A stretch of DNA of 64,000 bases, from positions 23,811-87,810 of the forward strand of contig CAZSWR010000002.1 of assembly GCA_964610885.1 (NCBI GenBank), written 5' to 3'. Origin of the DNA: an uncultured Hyphomicrobiales bacterium. GTDB lineage: Bacteria > Bacteroidota > Ignavibacteria > Kapaibacteriales > UBA2268. The translations under genes were made by a program, and so were the position numbers. Of this stretch, positions 43,977 through 53,456 are shown piece by piece (the first letter of the stretch is position 1; each line of letters starts with the position of its first letter). The notes beneath the pieces are model-generated. The model was not told where the DNA came from. It ran no database searches and saw only the letters and a list, made by a program, of their open reading frames with translations.

Positions 43977-46256
43977 ATGAGAAGCTTAACAAAAGTATTG
44001 GATGTTAACAAAGAGAAATGTATTAATTGCCACCAGTGCATCGCGGCATGTCCGGTGAAATTCTGCAACGACGGCAGCGGGGACTATGTAACGGTTAATC
44101 CCGATATGTGTATCGGGTGCGGTAATTGCATCACGGCCTGTACGCACGACGCGAGAATCGGAATTGATGATTATGACAAGTTCATGGAAGCTGTCAGAAT
44201 GCGCGTGCCAATGGTTGCTGTTGCAGCCCCGGCAATTGCTGCTAACTTTCCGGGCGATTACTTGCGGATTAACGGCTGGTTGAAATCAATCGGCGTGGAA
44301 GCTGTTTTCGACGTGAGTTTCGGTGCGGAGCTGACCATTAAATCTTACCTCGATGCCATTCAGAACAAAGGCGTCAAAACCGTAATCGCGCAACCCTGCC
44401 CGGCCATCGTTACATATTGCGAGATTTACCAGCCGGAGCTGCTCAAGAACCTTGCGCCGGCCGATTCGCCCATGCTTCATACGATCAAAATGGTCAAACG
44501 TTTCTACCCAAAATATGCGAATCACAAAGTAGTTGTCCTTTCTCCTTGCTTCGCAAAGCGTAGGGAATTCGACGAAACTGGGCTTGGCGATTTCAACCTG
44601 ACTTATCAATCAATAGCCAAACACATCAAGGATAATTCAATTTCTTTGGCGTCGTATCCTGTAACTGATTACGACAACACACCTGCCGAACGTGCTGTGC
44701 TGTTTTCGACGCCAGGCGGGCTTATGCGCACGGCCGAACGTGACGTGCCCGGAGTCATCGAGAAAATCCGCAAGATCGAAGGCGTTGACCACATATATCA
44801 TTACCTGCACGATCTGGACAAAGCCATAGGCGGCGGTTATGCACCGCTTATCGTCGATTGCCTCAATTGCGCACGCGGTTGCAATGGCGGGCCTGCGACT
44901 ATTGCAAAAGACAAGCCTCTCGATTGGGTGGAGCATTCGATCGAGCAACGTAACATTGAAATGCAGCAGCGCTACAAAGAGTCCAAGGCCGAATTCGCTA
45001 CAATCGGCGAAGCAATCGACAAATACTGGGAACCGGGGCTGTACGACCGCACGTACATTAACATGAGGGAGAATTATACAGTTAAGAAACCCAGCGCCAG
45101 AGAATTGGAAGATATTTATGCCCATATGCTCAAAGCAAACGAGCAGGATTACCTGAATTGCTCCGCTTGCGGATATGGTACATGCGAAGACATGGCAATC
45201 GCTATATTCAACGGGCTGAACAAAGTCCAGAATTGCCACCACTACCGCCTGCGCGAATTGGAGACCGTTTCGAACGTCATCGATCAGGAACTCAACAAAG
45301 CATTTACAAACCTGCTTCGCAGCAGCGAAGACCAGCAGCACTCCGTCGAGGAAATGTCCATTGCCATTAAGCAATACATCGGCACAGTGAAGGAAATGAA
45401 GAACATTATTCTCGAGCAAAACACAAGGGTTTCATCGACTTCGAGCGCAATGACCGAACTGACGACCAGCTTCGACCATATTTCGCAAACCGCCAATTTC
45501 GCTGCAAGCAAAACAAACGACAACGTACGCGCTGCCGAGGACGGACGCAAGAAAGTCGGGAAAGTACTCGAAAAGGTTGATGAAATCGATGACAGTATGC
45601 AGAGCATTAATACCGAGATTCACAACATACTTACGCTTACTGAAAAAATCGAGAAGATGCTCCGTTCCATCAACGACATTGCAAGCCAGACCAACCTGCT
45701 CGCGCTCAATGCGGCTGTCGAATCCGCCAGAGCCGGCATACACGGCAAAGGTTTTGCAATCGTGGCAAACGAAGTGAAAAATTTGGCTTCTCGCACATCG
45801 AACCTAACAAAAGAGATTGCCGAAGTCATCGACAATATCAAGAAAACTGTCGAAAATGCAGTTAACGTTACCGACAATGGCATCAAACTCTCGAAGGAAA
45901 GCCGCGGAGTGGCCGACCAAGCCGACCACAGCATCAACAAGATTCTGGGCATGATTAACGATATCAACGAAATGTTAGCGAATATTTCTGACATTACGAA
46001 CGACCAAAACGTGGCCTCGAAGGACGTATTGAAAAACACTGAAGAGCTGACCGTGCTGGCCCAAGGGACAAGCGGCGCACTCAAGGATCAGGTGTCTGCA
46101 ATCAACCAAATCATTATCTCATTCAAATCAGTTCGCGAAATAACCGAAAAGAACACTGAGATCGCTAATGAATTGGCAAGTGTATCGAACCACCTTAGTG
46201 AAACGCTCGAAAGAGTTGTCGATAAACATGTGGCATCGCTCTCGGAGAACAATTGA
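43977..46256 (+). CDS. Soluble methyl-accepting chemotaxis protein with 2x[4Fe-4S] ferredoxin + [FeFe]-hydrogenase-like (H-domain) + Cx2Cx4Cx16C input module
   Basis: Ferredoxin motifs CINCHQCIAACP and CIGCGNCITACT. H-domain-like motifs AQPCPAIV, SPCFAKRRE and DCLNCARGCNGGP. Cys 395/398/403/420. MCP hairpin tip QTNLLALNAAVESARAGIHGKGFAIVANEVKNLA. No TM or HAMP segment is seen. Confidence 0.8.
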   Translation: MRSLTKVLDVNKEKCINCHQCIAACPVKFCNDGSGDYVTVNPDMCIGCGNCITACTHDARIGIDDYDKFMEAVRMRVPMVAVAAPAIAANFPGDYLRINGWLKSIGVEAVFDVSFGAELTIKSYLDAIQNKGVKTVIAQPCPAIVTYCEIYQPELLKNLAPADSPMLHTIKMVKRFYPKYANHKVVVLSPCFAKRREFDETGLGDFNLTYQSIAKHIKDNSISLASYPVTDYDNTPAERAVLFSTPGGLMRTAERDVPGVIEKIRKIEGVDHIYHYLHDLDKAIGGGYAPLIVDCLNCARGCNGGPATIAKDKPLDWVEHSIEQRNIEMQQRYKESKAEFATIGEAIDKYWEPGLYDRTYINMRENYTVKKPSARELEDIYAHMLKANEQDYLNCSACGYGTCEDMAIAIFNGLNKVQNCHHYRLRELETVSNVIDQELNKAFTNLLRSSEDQQHSVEEMSIAIKQYIGTVKEMKNIILEQNTRVSSTSSAMTELTTSFDHISQTANFAASKTNDNVRAAEDGRKKVGKVLEKVDEIDDSMQSINTEIHNILTLTEKIEKMLRSINDIASQTNLLALNAAVESARAGIHGKGFAIVANEVKNLASRTSNLTKEIAEVIDNIKKTVENAVNVTDNGIKLSKESRGVADQADHSINKILGMINDINEMLANISDITNDQNVASKDVLKNTEELTVLAQGTSGALKDQVSAINQIIISFKSVREITEKNTEIANELASVSNHLSETLERVVDKHVASLSENN

Positions 46257-46302
46257 AAATTAAGGCAATAGCCTCAGTTCAATGAATCTGTTGAATAAAA
46301 AC

Positions 46303-46336
46303 AAAAAGCCCCCGAAATTCGGAGGCTTTTTTGTTT
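46303..46336. terminator. Bidirectional terminator between the convergent chemoreceptor and gdh genes
   Basis: AAAAAGCCCCCGAAATTCGGAGGCTTTTTTG: a stem flanked by an A-run and a T-run. Confidence 0.75.
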
Positions 46337-46358
46337 GAGCTTAAAGCATCTAAATAGA

Positions 46359-47645
46359 TTAGACCCAGCCACGAAGTTTGACTGCTTCGGCAACTCTCGA
46401 GATCGAGATCATGTATGCTGCATCGCGCATGTAAACGTTTTTCTGGCGAGCCAAGTCGCTTACAGCGTGGAATGCGTGTGTCATTTTCTCATCGAGTTTG
46501 GTGAGGACTTCTTCTTTTGTCCAGAAGTAGTTCATGTTGCACTGTACTTGTTCGAAGTACGAGCATGTTACGCCACCTGCGTTAGCAAGGAAGTCAGGAA
46601 TGACGAAAATACCTTTTTGTTTGATAATTACGTCGGCTTCGGGTGTCGTGGGGCCGTTTGCGCCTTCAGCGATCAATTTAACCGAAGGTTTGATTTTCGG
46701 TGCTGTTTCGGCATTGATTTGGTTTTCGACTGCTGCGGGGACGAGGATGTCAACATCTTGTTCGATCCATGCGCCGCCGTCGAGGATTTCGTAACCAAGT
46801 TCTTTTGCTTTAACTTTGTCGATTTCGCCAAATTTGTTTGTGATTGACCACAATTCTTTGACGTCCATTCCGCTCAGTTTGCGGTATGTGTATGATTTTT
46901 GGTCTTTGGGATCCCAGCAAGATACTGCGACGGGTTTGCCACCGAGTTTCTGGTACATGTCGATAGCATATTGGCTAACGTTGCCAAAGCCTTGGAATGC
47001 GGCCGTTGTTTTCTTGGGGTCGATTCCGAGTTCTTTGAGTGCTTCGCGAACGCAATACATTACGCCGTAGCCGGTTGCTTCGGTTCTGCCGAGCGAGCCA
47101 CCGAGGCCGAGGGGTTTGCCGGTGATGAATCCGGGGACTTTGTATCCGTTGATTTTCTCGAGTTCATCCATCATCCAAACCATGTGTTGGCCGCTTGTCA
47201 TAACGTCAGGGGCGGGAACATCTTGGAGAGGTCCGACGTTGCGGGCAACTTGGCGCACCCAACCGCGGCAGATAAGCTCTTGTTCGCGAAGTGAGAGGTT
47301 GTGGGGATCGCAGATAACGCCACCCTTGCCACCGCCGAGGGGGATGTCAACTACTGCGGTTTTCCATGTCATCCACATCGAAAGTGCGCGCACTGTGTCG
47401 ATTGTCTCGTGCGGATGGAAACGGATGCCGCCCTTTGCGGGACCGCGTGCGTCCGAGTGTTGGCAACGGAAACCACGGAACACTTTGTATGTGCCGTCGT
47501 CCATGCGAACGGGGATTTGGAAATGATATTCGCGATCGGGATTTCTTAAGAATTCGCGAGTTGCTTGATCTAATCCTAATTTTTCGGCAACAGCGTCAAA
47601 TTGAGTTTGCGCCATTTTGAAGGGATTGAATGCTTCACTTGCCAT
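46359..47645 (-). CDS. gdh: Glutamate dehydrogenase (Glu/Leu/Phe/Val dehydrogenase family)
   Basis: 428 aa. Catalytic region PLGGGKGGV. Rossmann motif FQGFGNVSQY. Confidence 0.9.
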   Translation of the reverse strand: MASEAFNPFKMAQTQFDAVAEKLGLDQATREFLRNPDREYHFQIPVRMDDGTYKVFRGFRCQHSDARGPAKGGIRFHPHETIDTVRALSMWMTWKTAVVDIPLGGGKGGVICDPHNLSLREQELICRGWVRQVARNVGPLQDVPAPDVMTSGQHMVWMMDELEKINGYKVPGFITGKPLGLGGSLGRTEATGYGVMYCVREALKELGIDPKKTTAAFQGFGNVSQYAIDMYQKLGGKPVAVSCWDPKDQKSYTYRKLSGMDVKELWSITNKFGEIDKVKAKELGYEILDGGAWIEQDVDILVPAAVENQINAETAPKIKPSVKLIAEGANGPTTPEADVIIKQKGIFVIPDFLANAGGVTCSYFEQVQCNMNYFWTKEEVLTKLDEKMTHAFHAVSDLARQKNVYMRDAAYMISISRVAEAVKLRGWV

Positions 47646-48072
47646 AACGATTCTCCATTAAACAAATTTATTAAGGACAAATTACTATAAAACGTCCTGA
47701 AAATTAATTTCGCAAAAGACACCTTTTGCAAATGCAATTTATCGGAAAGTTATTGAAAAAAAAAGATATTTTTTATTTTTTTATCAAATTTACGTTTTAT
47801 GTGTTAGTGCTTATATGTTGTGCTTCGGTGCGAATCCTTGGCAAGTGCGACTTTCGACGTCCCGCCCAACCATGCCATCGCTCATGTGTTTAGCAGATTC
47901 CAAGTACAGAATGATTCAGTTTGAGCGCTATCATTCGGAAAATGAAATTTTAACTCACGCTGGTTGGACATTTGTTTTTGCAAACCTTTGTATCTGAATT
48001 GATTTTTAAGTGTATATTATATATGAAATTCGTAAATTGCAATTGACGACTTTGAAAACTGGAAAAAATATT

Positions 48073-51000
48073 ATGAAGGTCTTTATTAGCAAGGCGATTC
48101 TGTTTTTTTGTTTGGGCTTCGTGTCTGCCTTTGGTGCGAATGTCGAGATCACATCTACCGATCGCGGAGTTGCGTACTCACATTCGGGAATCGAATGCAG
48201 AACCACTGCTGGTGGCTTAAATCTTGTGAATGCCAACTGCTTTATTACACCTCTCGGCAGCAATGGATTATCGTTGGACGAAATTCGATTCGTCGTAGCT
48301 GTCCCGGCATCGTATCGCCCAGAGCCGGTTTCCGTTGAATTTCAAACTTCAACACTGTCTGAATCGGCTACCGAGGCAATTCGCGCAAATCATTCGAAGG
48401 GTACTGGGCAATCTTTCACACTGTTGGGGCGCACTCCTCAGTTGCGATTCGAGGAGCTGGGATCGAGGAGGGGAGTCCGACTTCTGCTTGCGAAAGTATT
48501 GCCGTACGCAATCGATAACGATGGCCGCCCTGTGCTGATTTCGAGCCTTTCGTTCCAATTGGATTTTGGTATTGCTATGCACTCTTCTGCGGCGCCTGGC
48601 AGTATTGCCGAATTGTTTGCCTCTTGCGAAAACATTTCTCAATTGCCACAGTTACTCCAATTGGCCGCTCGGAACGATAAAAAATCGGTTTCGCCCCAAG
48701 CCGCTTCGTTCAATCCTAAGGACACAGCTTGGTACGACGGCCGTTTGAATTATGCTAAGATAATCACTAAGCAAGACGGTATTGCATTCGCCACTGGCGA
48801 TTCGATTATCGCGGCCCAGCCTGCATTTGCCGGTGCCGATTTGCGCCACTTGAGGCTGCTCTACCGCGGGAAAGAAGTGCCATTCGCCGCAGTGCCGGAT
48901 TCTGCCAAGCTTTCGTCATCGACTAAGATTTACTTTCACGGTATTCATTGCCCATCGGATACTGCTTGGTTCGACTATTACACAGACGAAGCGGTTTATT
49001 TCCTCGAATTCAATGAGGATTCTGTTCGCATTCCGCTGAGGCATTTCCCGAGTGTTGGAATTGGCGACCTGACTAACGGCGTGCAAACCGCTGTGCATCG
49101 GGAGAAGGATGCTATTTATTTTCATTTAGACGATCCATACAATACAGAAACCAGCCCGGCAGAAAACTGGTACTGGCTTGGAATGGATCCATTAAGCAAC
49201 CCTAATATTTACGATACAATTGATTTCCATCCGATGCATGGCCAGAATTACTTGCTTTCGGTCAGGCTCGGATCTTGGTATTGCGACAACGAAAATAGTC
49301 CCTATTCGCATCGATTGGGCTTCTATTTAAACGGCAACAAGGTTCTCGACACTCTTCTGCCGTTCAGGCCTCGGCACACCATTGAGTGCATACTGCCGGA
49401 TTCACTTTTCAAAAACGGAACAAACTTTATAAAGTTGTCATCTCTCGGGCTGAAGGACGATACTGGAACAATTATCGCAACAGATGTCCTGGCTCTTGAT
49501 TATTATGAAATCAAAGGCATGGCAGCCACGGCGACACGAAACGGCATATTCTTCGGCGATATTGACAAAAACAGTGAGCCAATTTCAGTAAATATAACCG
49601 GCGTCAGAGAGAATACTGCTTACGCAATCGATTCGCGAAATCTGTTTTTCGGTTCCTTCCCAACCCATGGCGACACTTTGGAGATCCATCTGCCATCGTC
49701 CGAATTCGGATATTCCATTATCGCATCAGGGCCGCAACTTATGGAGCGTGCTACTGTCCGGCGTGTGGCCAAAACTTTCCTCAGAAGCGAATCGATGACT
49801 GCCGATAATATTATTATATACCACGAGAATTTTTCCCAAGCTGCGAACAAATATAAAGAATATCACGACGCAAACGGCACAGCTACCGTGGCCATCAATA
49901 TCGATGACATCTACAAAGAATACAGCTATGGCAAGAAAAATCCGTGGGCCATTCGATACTTCCTTCGCGACGTGCGTTCTCGGTGGGCCATGTTCCCCGA
50001 GTACCTTACTATTTTGGGCGGCGCCTGTAGCGACCCAAGAAAGGTCCTTCTGGGCACTTCGAATATTGATTACGTTCCTGCTTATGGAATGCCTTTGAGC
50101 GATTACTGGTATTCGTTGCTCGACGAAGACTCTGGATCGAACCTGTCTTCGATATTAATCGGGAGAATTCCCGCAAGGACCAACCAAGAGGCTGAGGACT
50201 ACTTGACTAAATATATTTACGTGGACACTCTGAAGTCGCAAAACTGGGAAAACAATATGCTTTTTATTTCCGGTGGTTACGGCCCGGAGCAACGCACGCG
50301 CTTCCGTACTGTGCTAACGTCGGGCTACAACAGCATGATTGCCCGCGATTTATGCGCAGATTCAATCACATTCTCCAGGTACGACGACGAATCGTCTGAG
50401 TCCCAAGGGGCCATGATACGCGATGTAATCAACCAAGGAACAGGAATAATCATGTTCGTCGGCCATGGCTCGCCAAAATACATCGACAACGACGGTTGGC
50501 AGGTGCAGAGGCTCGGGAATACTGGCCGTTTTCCGCATTTGCTCACGGTTTCGTGCAACACTGCCGATTTCGCAATATCCAGCGGGCGTTGCCGAAACGA
50601 CGAATATATTATGGACAAGAACCTTGGTTGCATTGGTACGATGGGATTCACATATTTGAGCCAAGTCAGTTCGGATTATCCGATTGCAAATAATTTCTTT
50701 TCGTTGCTTGCCGACAGGAAAAGAAAATCCTCAACTTACGCGGGACTGCTCAACGATCTGAAAGACAAATTGGGGCCGGAATACAAATACTACATCTCTA
50801 TGATTCTCGCATATCTTGGGGATCCGCTTTCCAAAATCCGTTACGCCGAGACTGATTTATTCTTTCCCACCAATACTGTTCGCGCCTCGAACCATACGAA
50901 CCAAACCGACCTTTCGGAGTTCGATTCGACGGCATTCGTAGATTTCGATATTACAAATCTGGGCTTCCGGCCCAATGCCCGATTCCGAGTGATGGCAATT

Positions 51001-53412
51001 CGCCGCACCGAAGCAGTAACCGACACATTATATATTTATCCCGAAATGGGCTGCCATTCTGCTTCGCTGAGTTTTCCTTTTCCCATCAGAGACATGAAGG
51101 GCCGGCACTATCTGACGATTGTCATCGATCCGGATTCCTTAGTACCGGATAAAGACCGCAGTAATAACAAGCTGAACACATTCTTCGATGTATTGCCCAT
51201 GGGCATACTAATGCTCGACCCGATTAGTAATTTGGATGTGGACCCCGATCGGCCCATAATAAACTATATTAGGCCCAATCCAACCGATACAAATAGTACA
51301 AAGATAATAATTACTAATGCCCTAACTGGCGATACTGTTATTACTTCGTCCCAGGGCGAAATTTCTAACCATGAACTCTTCAGCTCGTGGTCCTTACTGA
51401 AAAGGCTATCGACCGATTCGCTCTATTATCTGGATGCTTATAGCTCCGGCGGCACGGCAATCGAAAAACATACTCTACATATGCCATTCCATGTCGGAAA
51501 GCAATTTTCGTCTCAATACGCCAATTGGAAGAGCTTCTCGGCGGACCTTGCAAACAATTCTCACGAGAATTTGATGACGGACGGGAACCACAATTTGATT
51601 TTCGATACCATACGCGCACCCTTCTCGATTACAGCCGCCGCATGGGATGCCGATTCGAATTGCCACAGATTGGAAATTGTTTACCGAAACAAGACTCTTG
51701 TCGAAATTTCGCACGAGGGCGCCAGGCCTCGCGGTTTCAATATTATCACGATCGACGGGCGGACCTTGGAGGCGAAGAAATATGTAAGATTCGACACTTG
51801 GGGGGACGACTTAGCGCCCGAGAATGACTCCACTGCTATCAGATTGGTGGCCTACCTGCGCGACTCCATTTCCCGAGATGATTATATGTTTATCGGGACA
51901 TGCGACGAATCCTTCCGCCTAACGTTAGTGGACAAGAATTTGCATCGTAGCGGCTCCATAGACACACTGAAAACAGTCCTTGCCGCTTATGGCCTTAGGG
52001 ATGTCGATTCATTAGGATTCAAGGCCACAGTGGCCATGGTGGGCAAGTGGAATGCAGCACAGGGAGAATTGCCTCAGTACGTCGAGAAAAACTTTGGCAA
52101 AGTGGCCAGGATTCAAGGTATGCTGAAAACGCCAATGATGAACGCAAAAATCATTTCGAAGATTATTGGGCCGGCCCAATCGTGGAAGGACTTCTCCATG
52201 ATCGGCGATCTGGACGACCCGCTCCTCGAAAAAAGAATCGTGATTAAGGGCCTGGACAAGGATAAACTCAATCCCGTTATTCTTGTAAATGAAATAAATA
52301 CTCTTTCGGTTCCATTGGATTTAGTCCAAGGGAAAGATTTCCCATTCATACAGGCAGAAATTGAATTATCTAAAGCATCAGATTCGGCCCGCGCTGCGGT
52401 GAGCGCTCTCGATTGCCAATACGTCTATTCGCCCGAATCGGCAATTTCAGCTAAGCTGTCCGGTTTCGTTTCCGATACGGTGATGAAAGGCGATACAGCA
52501 ACCATCAAACTCCAGATTTGGAATATTGCACGCAGGGCTTCGTTCGAACCACTGTCAACACAATTGGCTCTCGTCTCCGGGAACGTTACGCATTTTAAGG
52601 TGATTTCTTCAATCCAAAAGCTGCCTGCGCTGTCGTATCTTTCCTATGAGAGAACGATACCAACTGATTTTCTTTTAGGGAATTATAGCTTACAGGTGCA
52701 CACAGACTCTCCGGCAGATGAGACCGAACTCTACCTGTTCAATAACTACCTAAGCCTGCCCCTGTATGTGGCTAATGATACGGAAAAACCGAAATTGAAA
52801 CTGATGATTAACGGCAAGGAAGTGGCCGATGGCGATTTCGTGCCGAAATACGCAACCGCGCGGGTGGAACTCCGCGACAACTCGGCAATTCCCGTGAACA
52901 AAGACGAAGCCGTTTCGATTCGACTGAATGGATATATTCTTTCCGACTCGAACACTGACAGCTGGGCCGTTAAAGATTACGGGCACTCTCGGCCACTGAA
53001 ATATGAAGTCGGTTTCTCCAAGATGTTCAGCGTGAATGATAACATCATAGAAGTTGTGGGGATCGATGCGGCAGGCAACTCGGACACACTGACAATGAGG
53101 TTGTGGGTGTCTCGCGATGCTTCGTTTGCCGAAGTTGAGGCCTATCCCAATCCTACGCCTGGCGATTGTTCGTTTGAATTCGACCTGAAAACTCCCGACG
53201 CCGAAGGTGACTGCAATATTGAAATCTTCGATATGATGGGCAAGAAAGTGCGCACAATCGATGCCGCAGCAGTGTTGGGACATAACAAGGTTGTATTCGA
53301 TGGTATGGATTCTGACGGCAACCTGATTCCGCAAGGATTCTATCAATATCGCTTGAATTTGGTTGGCCGATGGGCCGAACCCGTAATTGGTAAGCTGATC
53401 GTCGTGAGGTAA
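48073..53412 (+). CDS. Giant (1779 aa) peptidase C25 (gingipain-like) domain protein with T9SS C-terminal sorting domain
   Basis: Signal MKVFISKAILFFCLGFVSAFG. C25 block IIYHENF...DDIYKEYSYGKKNPWAIRYFL...YLTILGG...IGRIPARTNQEAEDYL with catalytic-type FVGHGSP and LTVSCNTADF. CTD: AYPNPTPGDCSFEF...GFYQYRL...GKLIVVR. Confidence 0.75.
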   Translation: MKVFISKAILFFCLGFVSAFGANVEITSTDRGVAYSHSGIECRTTAGGLNLVNANCFITPLGSNGLSLDEIRFVVAVPASYRPEPVSVEFQTSTLSESATEAIRANHSKGTGQSFTLLGRTPQLRFEELGSRRGVRLLLAKVLPYAIDNDGRPVLISSLSFQLDFGIAMHSSAAPGSIAELFASCENISQLPQLLQLAARNDKKSVSPQAASFNPKDTAWYDGRLNYAKIITKQDGIAFATGDSIIAAQPAFAGADLRHLRLLYRGKEVPFAAVPDSAKLSSSTKIYFHGIHCPSDTAWFDYYTDEAVYFLEFNEDSVRIPLRHFPSVGIGDLTNGVQTAVHREKDAIYFHLDDPYNTETSPAENWYWLGMDPLSNPNIYDTIDFHPMHGQNYLLSVRLGSWYCDNENSPYSHRLGFYLNGNKVLDTLLPFRPRHTIECILPDSLFKNGTNFIKLSSLGLKDDTGTIIATDVLALDYYEIKGMAATATRNGIFFGDIDKNSEPISVNITGVRENTAYAIDSRNLFFGSFPTHGDTLEIHLPSSEFGYSIIASGPQLMERATVRRVAKTFLRSESMTADNIIIYHENFSQAANKYKEYHDANGTATVAINIDDIYKEYSYGKKNPWAIRYFLRDVRSRWAMFPEYLTILGGACSDPRKVLLGTSNIDYVPAYGMPLSDYWYSLLDEDSGSNLSSILIGRIPARTNQEAEDYLTKYIYVDTLKSQNWENNMLFISGGYGPEQRTRFRTVLTSGYNSMIARDLCADSITFSRYDDESSESQGAMIRDVINQGTGIIMFVGHGSPKYIDNDGWQVQRLGNTGRFPHLLTVSCNTADFAISSGRCRNDEYIMDKNLGCIGTMGFTYLSQVSSDYPIANNFFSLLADRKRKSSTYAGLLNDLKDKLGPEYKYYISMILAYLGDPLSKIRYAETDLFFPTNTVRASNHTNQTDLSEFDSTAFVDFDITNLGFRPNARFRVMAIRRTEAVTDTLYIYPEMGCHSASLSFPFPIRDMKGRHYLTIVIDPDSLVPDKDRSNNKLNTFFDVLPMGILMLDPISNLDVDPDRPIINYIRPNPTDTNSTKIIITNALTGDTVITSSQGEISNHELFSSWSLLKRLSTDSLYYLDAYSSGGTAIEKHTLHMPFHVGKQFSSQYANWKSFSADLANNSHENLMTDGNHNLIFDTIRAPFSITAAAWDADSNCHRLEIVYRNKTLVEISHEGARPRGFNIITIDGRTLEAKKYVRFDTWGDDLAPENDSTAIRLVAYLRDSISRDDYMFIGTCDESFRLTLVDKNLHRSGSIDTLKTVLAAYGLRDVDSLGFKATVAMVGKWNAAQGELPQYVEKNFGKVARIQGMLKTPMMNAKIISKIIGPAQSWKDFSMIGDLDDPLLEKRIVIKGLDKDKLNPVILVNEINTLSVPLDLVQGKDFPFIQAEIELSKASDSARAAVSALDCQYVYSPESAISAKLSGFVSDTVMKGDTATIKLQIWNIARRASFEPLSTQLALVSGNVTHFKVISSIQKLPALSYLSYERTIPTDFLLGNYSLQVHTDSPADETELYLFNNYLSLPLYVANDTEKPKLKLMINGKEVADGDFVPKYATARVELRDNSAIPVNKDEAVSIRLNGYILSDSNTDSWAVKDYGHSRPLKYEVGFSKMFSVNDNIIEVVGIDAAGNSDTLTMRLWVSRDASFAEVEAYPNPTPGDCSFEFDLKTPDAEGDCNIEIFDMMGKKVRTIDAAAVLGHNKVVFDGMDSDGNLIPQGFYQYRLNLVGRWAEPVIGKLIVVR

Positions 53413-53456
53413 ATATAGGTAGCAATCGTTTTTGCTTTTTGAATGGAATTTGAAGA

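Noticed and set aside
44637-45419. 260-aa ORF antisense to the chemoreceptor gene
   Set aside because: No motifs. The opposite strand encodes clear Fe-S and MCP motifs.
1110-48072. Upstream-extended start codons in the ORF track (1110, 2264, 5397, 6450, 13398, 13948, 31782, 36409, 48010)
   Set aside because: Each extension overlaps the preceding gene or a terminator, or adds residues ahead of an obvious signal peptide or conserved N-terminus. Internal ATGs were used instead (1167, 2336, 5502, 6456, 13410, 14080, 31752, 36565, 48073).
48073-53412. Calling the C25 protein PorU outright
   Set aside because: The C25 fold and the retained CTD fit PorU. However, the size (1779 aa), the absence of an adjacent porV and the lack of a phylogeny prevent the assignment. 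It is left as a C25-family T9SS protein.
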